Shown piece by piece: positions 13,100 through 26,800 of a DNA stretch of 64,000 nt (its first letter is position 1; every line of letters begins with the position of its first letter). Location of the stretch: assembly GCF_009914755.1 (NCBI RefSeq), contig NC_060932.1; one strand, written 5' to 3'. The stretch comes from the human T2T-CHM13v2.0 reference genome, Homo sapiens. A model generated the notes under the pieces. It saw only the letters and a program-made list of their open reading frames with translations. It was not told where the DNA came from and did not search any database. Both the position numbers and the translations under genes were made by a program.

Positions 13100-14165
13100 A
13101 AAAATATTAATCTACAATTAGGATTAAAATGGGAAACATATCGAGCTCCCAGATCTTGGTTTCTAATACCATTCTCCAACCAAAGGAACCAGAACTCCTT
13201 GGAGAAATGACTTACTCTATGACCGGAGCATAAACAAAAAAAGATAAGCCTGTAGCATCTTGCAGTACTCGAGTAAAAAGTGCTGAAACAAAAAACAAAT
13301 AGAAAACAAAACCCACAATGAAGAGAAATTTCAAAGGAACACAAAAACCAATTAAATAGCTCCCAGTGATCAAAACCAGAACAATTTGAGCTACAAGATA
13401 AATGAATTAGTTTTATATTATAATGTGAGATATAAAATAAATATCAATAAATTCATACTGATATAAATATATGAATGAATGGATGAATGAATGAATACAT
13501 AAGAAAAGACAAATTATCCATGTAGAAATCCAAATAATTTATATAGATGCTACACCCACAAAGGAGTAGAATGTAACTCCACATGCCTTAAGCGTAAGTG
13601 GCATATAGTGACTTCCTTCCAAATAATATAGTATTATTATAACAGAGAAAATAAACAGTAACTTTACAGTGAAGGAGCCTGTAAAATTGTCATTCAGCCA
13701 GGTGATCAAGGTCAGCAACAGTGATAAACTATGTTGATACTATGTACACTTGATACGATCTGAAGAGAATGGCATTATCTTAATAGAGGATTATTCCACA
13801 AAATACTGACTGGTCCTCCTCAAAGTTCACAAGGTCATTTAAAACAAGAAAAATATGGGAAGCTGTCATAACAGCCCAGAGGAGCCTAAGGAGGCATGAA
13901 AACTAAATGTAATGTGACATCATGGTTGGGATCCTAAAACAGGAAAAGAATATTAGGGGGAAAAAGTCAAAGAACTCTGAATAAAGTACGGACTTTATAT
14001 AAAAATGAGGTACCAATATTGGTGAGTGTAACACTATCATTGATTATAGCTAACATAACAAATATGTCATACATAGAGGAAACAGGGTGTAGGGTTTGTG
14101 GGTATTTCCTGTATAATCTTCATAATTTTTGTGTAAACTACTCTAAAAATTAAAGTTTACTAAAA
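13100..14165 (+). mobile_element. L1MC/L1MD 3'UTR
   Basis: aaaggaaccagaactccttggagaaatg, atagtgacttccttccaaa, cagccaggtgatcaaggtca, end ctctaaaaattaaagttt. Confidence 0.8.
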
Positions 14166-15789
14166 CGTTAAATTGCTAGTAGGCAGTCAAGAAAGACCTA
14201 ATCACAAATCTCTTCCACCTAAAAAAGGCTTTTTAGAATAACTGAAAAAGTCACCCCAACAACACTTAATGTGTTTGAGAGGGAGCTTTGCATGGGATTC
14301 TGCCAACAACAAGGAAAGAAGGAAATCTCTGATCTGCACTTACTAACACTAGGGCTTTGACCTGCCCAAATGGGAAGAGAAATGATCGATATCCTTCATG
14401 CTCTGTCTCTGCCCTATGTCTTGAACAAATATGGTATGGATCATGGATGAGTTTCAGTAATTGTGATATAATTATGGCCAGGGAACAGGAAATGCCAAAG
14501 CAATAGGCTCCTTTTAATGGAGCTTCAGTAGAGGCTAAACATAGAAAGACCAACAAAGAAGAATCAAAGTGCTTCTTTCTTGAAAGATGCACACATCCTC
14601 AAATCATGATGTAGAGCTTTCATAAAGTGATTTGTGTGATACATTGTGCGCTTCTGATCTGACCACCCATTTCTCCTATCAGTCTAAGACATGTGAATTT
14701 TCTCATCCTCTTGGTCATCAGATGAAGAAAGGAAGTAGAGGAGGAAATGAACACAAAATCATTATGCTTCAGAGAGACTGAAGTCTTAGCTCAACCAGCT
14801 ATATGGCTGCTGAGAACTAAGAAGATCCTGAGAAGTGGTGGAGACAGAGGCAGAGTGTCTACACTCTCTCTTTAAGGCCCAATAGCCATGCCTACTACTA
14901 AACACAATCCAGTGAGTGTTTCAGACTTAGACCAATCCAATTAGAAACTTCTCCCCTCGAGGTGACCTATGAGGAAGTGGGCAGAAGTTGGCCTAAGATG
15001 GAGAGAGCCTAGAAATTCTCTTCCTATCATAAAAGGATAGAAAAAGACTATACTCACAAAGAGTTTACACATTTCTCCGAGGTTAGATTATTTATTTTTA
15101 GTTGAAAGAACCCTTGTTTCTGTATTAGAGAACTCTAGGATCTCAGAAATAGAAAGAATTCTGAATACCTCCACTGGGTGAGGCAATGAATTATAGTTAG
15201 GTCATAGATTTTTGAAATGGGAAGAGTCACAAGTCAGTACCTGGAGAGAGGTGTAATCAATCAAAACAGACACTGCACTTTCAATGACGTATTTGTTTGA
15301 TAGTGCTAACATATCTGATGGAGTCAATCAAAACAGACATTTTGGCAATGCATCCACTTACGAGAAGGCACAGAGTAAATAACAATAATTCTGTGTTAGG
15401 ACAAGTCTTCTGTATGGAACATTGGGTGAATATGTTCTAACCTTGTTGTTCCCATATATCAGGCATACAATCATTTTACTCTTTTGATCCTTATTTATAT
15501 AAGGAGCAGGCCATATTTGTTGACGCCTTTTAGCTCTAAATAAAGTATTCCATGAGACACTTAAACTATAAAATTGTATGGATCAAAGTACCAAACATTT
15601 TTTTGAGTGAGTATTAGATCCAATATAAATGCAGACAGTAAGGATTGCTGGATCACTTAATGTAACTCAAGTACAAAAGAGAGTACACTGTGGAACATCA
15701 CATAGTACTCACTGAGGGATGGATGCTAGTGTACCAGCTCACCAGGGGTCCAAAAGAATATAACCAGCCTGCCTCTGAGATTGTATCAC

Positions 15790-15994
15790 TCAGCATGCAA
15801 GTAAGGTGATAACTGAATAAATGTGGCTTAAGCAACACAGGTTATCATTATTACTTTTTTTTTGTCAGACAGAGAGAAGTCCAGATACTTGGTTCACAAC
15901 TCAAAAGTGCCACGAAGTTCCCAGTCATTCCGATTCTTCTTCTTCTTCTTCTTCTTCTTCTTCTTCTTCTTCTTCTTCTTCTTCTTCTTCTTTT

Positions 15995-16041
<47 letters not shown>

Positions 16042-16265
16042 TTTTTTAGTGTACCTCTTTTATCTCTCAGCAATGTCTCACCACATGATTGTAAGATGGC
16101 TATGGCAGTTCCACAAATTAGGTCCTCATACAATAATGCCTCTAAGAGGAAGATAGGAACACACTCTCCTCTGGCACCTCTTTTAATTGGGAAGAAACCT
16201 ATTGCCCAGAAGCCCCCACCCTGTTCTAGGAGACTTCTCATGTGTCTCTAATTGGCCAATAGCTA
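15790..16265 (-). mobile_element. Old MaLR LTR (MLT1K/L-like) hosting a TTC repeat
   Basis: gtggcttaagcaac, caagatggct-like (taagatggctatggcagttcca), cccagaagcccc...gacttc...attggcca. Confidence 0.6.
15934..16041. repeat. (TTC)19 TTT (TTC)8 CTC (TTC)7; (GAA)n on the minus strand, 36 units
   Basis: Counted directly; explains the poly-S, poly-F and poly-K ORFs. Confidence 0.98.
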
Positions 16266-16269
16266 GTAC

Positions 16270-16730
16270 CCAATAAATGAAGAAGGAATAACAAAATTAG
16301 AATATGACTACTTTGCAAATGAATTAATGGACCTAGCTAATAATCATTAATATCTGTGAACATCACTGAAAGACAAGCAATTAGATATCCTATACCTCCT
16401 GCCAGATGAAGGGGTCTTGCTAAAGAGATTACAATTGCTCATGCTTCTAGATTTAATTACCACTTTTTATAGAATGCATAGAACAGTGAAACATGATAAA
16501 CTATACAACAAGAACGCAATCAGTAAAATTTGTATCCTGGAAAAGTTTATCAGAGAAATAACCAAATTTCTTTGGCAAAAAATATACAAAAATCAAAATT
16601 AAAGAGAAAGGAGAAGAAATCTATAGACTAAAATATACCTATGCGATACAACAACAACAACAAAAATGTGTGAAATTTATTTGAATTCTGATTAAAACAA
16701 CCCTTAAGATTTCAAAAAAAGCATTTTTGC
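16270..16730 (+). mobile_element. L1MC5/L1ME-like 3'UTR fragment
   Basis: ttagatatcctatacctcct, gcaatcagtaaaatt, gaattctgattaaaacaa. Confidence 0.55.
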
Positions 16731-17299
16731 CAATTTTAGACTCTCTTTTAGGGATCATTTCTGCAAGCAAGAAAAGTGGGGCAAGAATCAATGTTTGCTC
16801 AGAGTCTAATGATCCATCTTACTGAAATGGCCTAGAAAATGTTTATGTTGCCATACAATAAGAAAAGTTATTTCCAAACAGACATATTTTAAGGTTAAAT
16901 GATATTTTCACAGACACTGTTTATCTGCTTCCTGTGTTCCATTTCCCACTGGGATTCATTTCAGCAAAGACAACTGTTATAGAAGTATTTTTGGTCCAGA
17001 GCTATTCAAGGAAGTGTTCAGAATCTCTTGAGAGAGTTCGTTCTCAAGAAGCAGGCAGCACAAACTTTATGGGTCTCACAGACACAAAATGGAGTAATGC
17101 ACCTTCATTTTTGGAATTTACTCACACCCCTCCACATTGGCTGAGTTGAGCTACTTCACTAATTAATAAACAGATGATCTAGATAGCATTTCATATGTTA
17201 TAAAGACTTTTACAAACTTTTTTTTTCAATCTGAACTCCCCAAACACTACATAAAAGATGTAATTGAGAAGACTAGAGAATTATAACTAATTGAACACT

Positions 17300-17450
17300 T
17301 TCTAGATTCTAGGCAATTTCTTAATATTTATTTTCTCAATTTGTAAACAACCCTTGCTAATACCTTTCTCTTCATTTTACAGATTGGGCAAATTGAAATT
17401 CTAAGAGATAATGAGAATAGACCAAAGCCTTGTGATAATTAAGTGCTCAA
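17300..17450 (-). mobile_element. MIR
   Basis: aacaaccctt...cattttacagattgggcaaattga. Confidence 0.55.
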
Positions 17451-19500
17451 CCTCAAGGGACATAATGTGATGCACAGATGCTGAGTTAAGTGCTTTATAC
17501 ATTATGTAAATATGAATCAAGTGATATAGGGCTCAGTACTGTATCAAGATAGCAACATGTGGAATTTCAGGAGTGAACTTCATTTATAGTGAAACAAAAA
17601 GCAAAATAAAGTACATGATCTTTTTAATAATCAGAAGTGAATTCACTTTCCACTGCCAGGTGGCTGTGCGCCGTGAGCAAGTCATCTTTGTTAATACCTG
17701 ATTTCCTTATTGTAAAATGTGCATAATTATATCTTCCAAGTATGACTAGATATACACTCTGCCCTTTGGCCTTTATAGTTTGTGCTCCCTAACCTCTACT
17801 TTACTGACTTATTTCTCTTTGTAAACTGGGAGCTACATGAGGGCAAGTGCTATATCATAACAAGTATTGGATTCTTGTTCCTTGTGCAGCTCAGACACAT
17901 AGTTAGCAACTGTCCAAAAATATTTATATAATGTAAGAAAGAATTTCTATCTAATTTTTCACAAATCAAAATCTCTCTTATCTTTAGATTTTTTAAAAAA
18001 TAGAGATAACAGTAATCAAATGTATATAAAAATATGTTAACTACAAATAATAGCAATATTAGGTAATAATTACAAAATAATTTTTGTACATAAAGCCAGT
18101 TCTTGAAAGTGCAACCAGAAGACTCCAATAGCAGCAGGTCTTTTCTAGAATATTCCCTTAACATACCCGTAACATCCACTAGCTTCTATTCAATTCAACC
18201 CTGACTTACATGTTTAGTCTCTCAACATTATGCATGATGTTAGCTGTGTGTTTACTGTAGGTATTCATTTTCAGATTGAGAAGAACTCTTCTATCTTTAC
18301 TTTCAAGAGTTTTTATTGGGAATTGACATTAGATGGTATCCAATGTGTTTTCTACTTTCCTGAAATGATTACATGTTTTCTTTTTTTAGTTTGCTAAGTG
18401 TCATATGTTCAATTATAGTAACTAGATTTGGAATGTTTAATGTACCTAGCATACATGTTTGGGATCAAGTGCACTTGGAGTTATGAGGCATTATATTGTC
18501 TATATATTGGTGAATTCTATTTCCTAAAATTTTTTTTAAACTTTCATCAATATTCATGAAAAATATTTGCGTATTCTCTTTTTATTCACTATATCTTTTT
18601 CTGCTTTTGTTTTAGAATAATTCTGATTTCATAGAGTGAGTTTGGAAATATTCCCTCCACTTCAATTTTCTGAAAAAGTTTGTGTAGAATTAGTATTATA
18701 TTTGTTTTAATGTTTAGTAGGACACAAAAATAAAATCATGTGTGCTAGGAATTTTTTCTGAGGGGAGGATTGTGACTTTAGGGTCAGTGATATTATCCTT
18801 TGTTCTTTGATGAGTTTTTATAGTTTGTGTGTCTCAAAAATATGTCTATATCCTCTAAAAATTTATTGACAGAAAATTGTTGGTGATATTATCATACCAC
18901 TCTTATGATGTATGTAGACTATGTAGTTACATTACCTCTCTGGTCTCTAATATTGGTCATTTATGGTCTTCCTTTATTTTTTCCTGATCATTGTGGTTAA
19001 AGTTATATCATTTATATTTATTAACTTATATACAAAAATCACCTTTTGGCTTGCTTTTATTTATTCACTTTGTATTTTATGTTTTATTGATTTCTGATCT
19101 GCTATTTAGTGTTCTTTTTCTTCTTTTAACTTTCATATTTGTTTATGCTTATTTTGTTAGTTTCTTTAGGAGGAAGCTGAGATCATTGACTAGGTATTTC
19201 TTCCTTTCTAACATAGTTATAAATCTTTCTCTAAATACTCTTTTAGCCACATCTCCCAAATTTTATTTTTTTAAATTTTTGATTCAGTTCAAAATACTTT
19301 TTATTTTTTCTTTTGATTTTCCATTGACCCATGGATATTTTTAAAAGTTTATTTAAATTTCAAATGTTTAGAATATTTACAGGAATATTTTCACCTTACT
19401 GATTTGCAATTTAGTTCTATTGTGGTCAGAAAACATATTTCATTTAATTTGAATCATTTTACACTTACAAAGACATTTTATAACTGATAAAACAGCATTT

Positions 19501-19620
19501 CTTGTGTTTCTATATATATAGAATTTCTAGATATACATTTCTACATATATAGAAATACTACATACATATAGAAATTTCTTGTGTGTATCTATATAGATAC
19601 ATACATATATACATATATAG
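19501..19620. repeat. TA-rich low-complexity tract next to the L1 tail
   Basis: Repeated atatatagaaa/tttcta units. Confidence 0.75.
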
Positions 19621-20286
19621 TTTTGGGGTTTTTTTGATTTTTATTTTAGGTTCAGGGATACATGTACAGGTTTATCATATAGGTGAATTTCATGTCACAG
19701 GGGATTGGTGTACAGATTATTTCATCACCCAGGTAATAAGCCTAATACATGATAAGCAGCTTTTTGATCCTCACCCTCCTCCCACCTCCCACCCTTAAGT
19801 AGGCCCTTATGTGTGTTCCCTTCTTTGTTTCCACACGTATTCAATGTTTAGCTCCCATTTATAAGTAAGAGCATGTGGTATTTAGTTTTCTGTTCCTGAG
19901 TTAGTTGGCTCAGGATAATGACCTCCAGCTCCATCCATGTTGCTGCAAATTACATGCTTTCATCATTTTTATGGCTACATAGTATTCCATAGGTGTATAT
20001 CACATTTTCTTTATCCAGCCTTCCGTCGATGGGCATTTAGGTTGATTCTATGTTTTTTCTTTTGTGAATAGTGCTGTGATGAACATAGATGTGCATGTGT
20101 CTTTATGGTAGAATGATTTATATTCCTTTGGGTATATATCCAACAATCGGATTGCTATGTCAAATGGTAGTTCTCTTTTAAGTTCTTTGAGAAATCACCA
20201 AATTCCTTTCCAAAAGACTGAAATAATTTACATTTCCACCAGCAGTGCACAAGCATTCCCTTTTCTCCGCAACCTCACCAGCGTCT

Positions 20287-20330
<44 letters not shown>

Positions 20331-21730
20331 ACTTTTGAATCATAGCTATTCTGACTGGTGTGAGATGGTATCTCATTGTGGTTTTGGTTTGCATTTCTCT
20401 AATGATTAGTGACATTGAGCATTTTTTTATGTTTGTTGGCCACATGTATGTCCTCTTTTGAAAAATATCTCTTCATGTCCTTTGCTTACTTTTTGATGGG
20501 GTTGTTTGTTTTTTGCTTTCAAACTTGTTTAAGCTCCTTATAGATTCTGGATATTAGACCTTTGCCAGCTGAAGAGTTTGCAAATATTTTCTCCCATTCT
20601 GTAGTTTGCCTGTTTACTCTGTTGATAGTTTCTTTTGCTGTGCAGAAGCTCTTTGGTTTAATTAGGTCGCATTTGTCAATTTTTGTTTTTATTGAAATCA
20701 CTTTTCACATCTTTGTCAAAAAGTATTTCCTATGTCTTACATCCAGAATGGTACTTCTTAGGTTATGTTTCAGGGTTTGTATAGCTTTTGGTTTTAGATT
20801 TAAGTCATTAAAACATCTTGAATTGATTTTTATATATGGTGTAAGGAAGGGATCCAGTTTTAGTCTTCTGCATATGGCTAGACAACTATCTCAAGACCAT
20901 TTATTGATAGGGAGTCCTTTCCCTATCACTTGTTGTTGTCAATTTTGTCAAAGATCAGATGGTTGTAGGTAGGCAGCATTATTCCTGGGATCTATATTCT
21001 GTTCCATTGGTCTGTGTGTCTGTTTTTATACGAATACCATGCTGTTTTGGTTACTGTAGACTTGTAGTATGATTTGAACTCAGGTAATGTGATGCCTCTA
21101 TGTTTGTTCTTTTCGCTTAGGAATACCTTGGTTATTCAGGCTTCTTTTGTGCGGGAGGGGTTCACATGAATTTTAAAATAGTTTTTCTTCTAATTCTGTG
21201 AAGAATGTCATTGGTAGTTTGATAGGAATAGCATGAAACCTGTAAATTTCTTTGGGCAGTACAACCATTTTGGCAATATTGATTCTTCCCAATCATGAAC
21301 ATGAAATGCTTGTCCATTTGTTTGTGTCATCTCTGTTCTCATTGAGCAGCGTTTTGTAATTTTCAGAGAGGTCTTTTACCTCCGTGGTTAGCTGTATTGC
21401 TAGGTATTTTTTGGTGTGGCTATTGTGAATGAGATTGTGTTCTTGATTTGGCTCTCAGCTTGAATAGTGTGGGTGTAGAGAAATGCTACTGATTTTTGTA
21501 GATTGATTTTCTATCCTGAAATTTTGCTGAAGTGGTGTACAAGGAGCTTTTGGGCAGAGACTACGTGGTTTTGTAGTTAGAATCATATTATCTGTAAATA
21601 GACATAGTCTACTTTCTTTCTTCCTATTTGGATGCCTTTTATTTCTTTATCTTGCCTGATTGCTGTGGCTAGGACTTCCAGTACTGTTCAATAGGAGTGG
21701 TGAAAGAGGGCATCCTTATCTTGTTCTGGT
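19621..21730 (-). mobile_element. L1PA15/16-like 5'-truncated element
   Basis: 3'UTR ggtgtacagattatttcatcacccaggtaataag; ORF 20519-20701 [26 protein letters not shown]. Confidence 0.9.
20288..20329. repeat. T42 mononucleotide run inside L1 ORF2
   Basis: Counted directly. Confidence 0.95.
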
Positions 21731-23859
21731 GTTATACTTGGAAAGCATTTTTACTCTGCTATCTTTCTTTGGAGTGTCTTATAAATATAAATTAGATCAT
21801 ATTGATATAGATAGTATTGTTCTAGTCTTCTATATCATTAGTAATTTCCTCCCACTTGCTATATCAATTATTGAGAAAGGAGCATTAATATTTCTAACTG
21901 TAATTGTTGGTTGGTTTATATTTTCTTGCAGTTCTAACAGTTTTTGCTTTATATATTTTGTTTTGAGTAATACAAGCATTTAAATTTGTTGCAGTCACTG
22001 GATGTATTGACCCTTTTAATACCATAAAATTATTGCCTTTTTCTTTGGTAGTATTTACTTCTCTGCAAACTAGTTTTTATGATATTAACATCACCTCAAC
22101 AATTTTCTTTTGATCATCTTATCTTTTTTATTTTTGCAGTTTTAACAGATTTATATATTTATACTGAAAATATGTTTCTTATAGGCGGTGAATGGTTTGG
22201 CCTTGTTTTTAAAAATTCAATCTGACAATCTCTGCCTTTTCACTAGGTGTTTCGATTATTTACATTTTCTATGATTATTGGTATGGACAAGTTTAAGTCA
22301 GTATTCTTGCTATTTGTTTTCCATTTTGTCCCATATATCCTTGTTAATCAAATGAAAAAATTGGGTCTTTTTTTATATTTTCTGCCCCTCACTTTCTTCG
22401 GCAAATCCAGTTTCATGTATATTAAGTTTTCCTGAAGTTTTACTATAGCTCACTGCTCATATTGTCATTTTTAAAATTGATTATTCCTTCTAGCCTGCCT
22501 TTTAGGTAGTCTGAATTTCTGTGACTTCAATTTCACTAATATTTTCTCCTGCAATGTCTAGTCTGCTGTTAATCCTATCCAGTGTATATTTCATCTCAGA
22601 TATTGTAGTCACCTTCTATAGAAGTTTGATAATAAAATTTAAAAAAGAAGTTTGATTTGGATCATATATATGTACACACACACACACAGACACACACAAC
22701 ACTCCTTAATTCTACTTAACTGTTTGAACATAAGGAATATAGAGCTAATTATTTTAATGTCTTTATCTGATAATTCTAACATTTGTGTCGTGATTAACTA
22801 TGTTTTAACTGAGTTTATCTTCTTATAGGTTGAACTTTCTAGATTGATTTTGAGGGAAGCCTGGTAATATTTTATTAGGTTCCAGATATTCTGGGCATTA
22901 TCTCGATGGGTGATACATATGTTTGTATTCCTACAAATATTCTTTATCTTGGATCTTGGATATAGTCAGTTACCAGAAAGTAGTTTGATTCTGTTTGATC
23001 TTAATCATGATATTTCTTATACAATACTACAGCTGTGTTTAGTCTAAGGTTAATATCCCATTGCTTTGGTAAGACTCTGTTGAGTATTCTGCCCAATATC
23101 CATAAATTATGAGATTTTCCTTTCTGTCCTATGGGATCAAGTACTATTCCCAGCCTGGAATTCCCAGAGCACTACTCCCATGAATTCTTTCTGTGGTGTT
23201 TCTTACAGCCTTAGGCAGCTTTTTTCACATGAATGTTCTGATCAGTGTTGAGCTGAATACATTGAGGAGGATGTTCTTCATATTTCTCAACTATCCTTCC
23301 CTCCAGTACACTACTCTGTAAATGCCATTCACCTTGATCTCCAGCACAAGTCATTGTACTTTCATAGCCCCACTTGTTTGTAGGTGGCTAGAGACAGAGA
23401 CAAAGGTCTGGCAAGTTCCAGTTTGTCTTCAAATGTTTCTACTCTAAGTCCAGGGTTCCTTCTCAAATCCCAGACCTACTGAGAGGAAACAGCCAAATGT
23501 GTTTTTCTAAGCTCAGAGAAGCAATAGCAATGTAAATTTCTACCTTAACCCGTGGGAGTTCCACTCCAGAAACTGGATATGTGTAGCTTCCTGCAGTCTT
23601 CAATTTGTTCATCCATTCCTGGGCTGTTTAGTAATATTTGAAACTATTTAATGACCTTTAATTTCCCAAGTATTTCCAACAGTTGTATATTTAATTTTTA
23701 TATTAACAATTTGTTTTATATAACAAAACCGTTTATTATTCAGCTGCTGTGAGTGGTCCCTAAATGATTGTTATTTTTTAATAGCTCAGAACTGTTTCCA
23801 GTGCAACATAATTTAAATATAAGAATCTGGAATTAAGTCTCCAATTTTATTATATTTAG

Positions 23860-26800
23860 AGGCCCTGATGTCCATATTGCCAGTGATAAAGGGACATTGA
23901 TAGTTCATAGCATATAGAATTCAGTATAGACTTTGGAATTACAGTCAGAATATTATGCTTCATTGTTTAGATATGTGAAGTATGAGAGAATGGTTACATA
24001 AATTATCTCCTCTGAAATGACCAAGTGCTTGTAGAAGGCAAGCTTTTGGTTGGCCAAGGATTTGCCCATAGAATATTTTAGGCAGAATAAGGTAACAATA
24101 ATGGAGTTATTAATGGCTTCTTGGTTGCAGAATACCTTGGAGTAAGTTAAGTGTTTAGCTCAGCTATTTAAATTCCAACTTCACCACCTGATTTAGAGAC
24201 CAGAGAGTTTCTTGGACTTCCCTGAAGGAAACTTTATCTCTTATAACCACAGGAATCAGCTTTTCTGAACTCAAAACCCAAAGTCTTATTTTTTGGATGA
24301 GTGGCAGCTGAATTACAACACAGATCGAATTCACAACCTCATATATCAAAGTGAGGGAATTGTTTGCAAAAATAGTACAAAACCCCGTAAGTCAACATGG
24401 ACAGATTCTGAAGATACTTTAACGTTAAATTTTCCTAAGCCTCTTTACCAATAGAAATAAGTACTTTTTCTTGTTTTATGAGTTTGATCTCTTCTTGCTT
24501 AAAAAACCTGTAATAGCTTCTTCCAAGATGGAAGTCTGGCAGGGAATTGCTAATTCTCCACAGCACCTGCTCCTGTCACCCCTCACTTCTCATTTCTCAA
24601 TTCTAGATCTACCCCAGAGGGTGAGGTACAAAAGCTGAGAGACACTCACACCAAAAGCAGTACATGATCTTGTCAGTATATATTGAAAGACAAGAAAGAT
24701 CATATAGGAGAATGAATTCTAAATGTGTTGTGTCAGGAGCAAAGAGTAGAATATTGATCGGGCTAATTTATTGATACAGGTGCACTGAGCAGGATTACTG
24801 GATTCCATGTGTTCATTTGAGTACTGGGAGTGACTCTTAGAGTTGGCTTATTTCCTTTCTGGACTGAAACCTAAACCCTAATTTGGTCCACACAAAATAA
24901 AATTCAAATGCCAGAACTTTCTTGATTGCTGTATAAAAAGGTATCTAAAGGTTTGGGAAATTAGAAGCAAGAATAGATTTATTATATAAAGGCTGTTTAC
25001 CCCTACTGTGACTATAAAGCCAAGGAGGACACAGCCAGCCTACTTCATTAATATGCCTTTCAAAGCTCTTCACAAGGATTATAGAGAGACATCATGATAA
25101 GATTTTTAAAATGTATCTCTATTAATTTATTTTTTTCTTGGAAGTAAACAGGAAGTTTCTAAACCAGATTCAGTCCATTTTTAAATTATGGAATGTTTAT
25201 CTTGTGTTGGTTCTCCATGCTCAAGTTCTTTCTTGAGGTAATGCTAGGAAGGGGGATATGACATTGCATGTATAGATTGGTTCTATAGGAAAGAAACCTT
25301 GAAATTATGAAACTTGGAGTTTACATAGGAACTGCTGCACATCTACCCCACCTTACCTCCAGAGAGAGGAAGAAAGACCTTTGTTCTTTAATGTACTCAA
25401 GTCCTTTCTGGAGAGTACAAGACAGTCCATAGCTCAGAATGTAAGTATTTAGCTCTGGAGATTATAAGAAAGTCTTTATTACTTTGGGATGAGAGCACAT
25501 GGCTATACCAAAAAGGAGACAAATGTCTTCATATCTATTACCCTTACAATGAGAAGGACAAATGGTTCTGGGGAAATAAGGAAGCATTCTCTATCTTCAT
25601 AACATGCCAACTTTTGTTGCTCAGAAGGACATGACATGCAAAAATATAAAAATATTCATATTGTTTTTGACACATTGATGAGGGAAGCACACATTTTTTA
25701 ACAGTTTTGTAGTTATTCTCAGCAGGCTAGTTATAACAGCAAGGAATGTTTTCTTCAACCCAGGCATTCTAGATTCAATGGAAATGGTAAGATTAAACAG
25801 GGGCCAAACGGTGCTCTTAGTAGCCACAGAAGCATGGACATGGTTATTGCAATAGGCAGAAGAAATGATATGATAAGGTAATTAGAATGGCTTGACTAGT
25901 AGAGGTCTTTAATATTGACTAGTTGATCATTACATCCCTAGGTAAAATTTAGTAGACAGCCAATTAAAGTTTTCTTTAAATTGGGTAAGTGGAACAGCTC
26001 TAGGTCCAGTGAACAGGTTGCTCATTTTTTCCTCAGGAGAAATGGCTAGAGGTGTGGATCTACACTGATTTGTAATCTGTAGCTAATAGTTGGGCTGAAT
26101 CTCATGGACTTAGAAAGAATATAATTGGAAAACTGATAATATGAATTTAAGAGAAAGAAATATTTATGTAAACTTTTCTGAATATGAATAAAATGTAAAA
26201 ATATTTGTGTGCCAATGAATGATCTCAGAAGAATTTTAGTCATCAGTGGACAAGTTGATCCATCTGTGGATATCTGTCAACTTTTTTTCAGCTACACCTG
26301 TCCTTACACTTGTCTACAATGGGCTTATGGACAAAATGAAAACAGCAACAGGAGTGGAGGTTATGCATGAGGTCAGCAGCATAGTTTTCCACTCATCAAG
26401 GCTGATCTGGCTACAGCCACTGGTGAGTGGGCAACCTGCTAATGACATAGACCAGTACTATTCAGCAGAGGGATCACTCAGTGTGAGAGTAGGTTGTTTA
26501 TATTCTATCTTGTCCATCCTGGATGAAGCAATAGATTATTCTCACTGGAATGGTCACTTATTCCGCTCAAAATGCTTTGCCCAAACCATGATCTTTTGAC
26601 ATAGAGAATGTCCTATTTATTATGATGGTGTTCCACTTAGAATTCTTTATGGCCAAGTAATTCATTTTACCGAATATGAAGTGCAATGATGGACTTTTGC
26701 TCATAAAATTCACATGTTTTTTAACGTCACCCATCACATGAAAGCTGAGAGAAAAATTGAATGTTCTTTCTGGAGGTTCAATTACAGTGCCAGCTGAGTG

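Larger units (their letters stand above)
18225..23640 (-). mobile_element. Old L1M element (ORF2, ORF1, 5' region) interrupted by L1PA15/16
   Basis: T-rich; ttcaattttctgaaaaagtttgtgtagaatt, tctattgtggtcagaaaaca, aattcaatctgacaatctctgcctttt, tctgctgttaatcctatccagtg. Confidence 0.8.

Noticed and set aside
14266-14592. 108 aa minus-strand ORF in unique sequence (also 59923-60249)
   Set aside because: No recognisable domain or exon context; length expected by chance, and the second overlaps decayed L2-like sequence.
15821-16251. ORFs of 111-129 aa with poly-Ser, poly-Phe or poly-Lys
   Set aside because: Translations of the TTC/GAA repeat, which has no stop codons.
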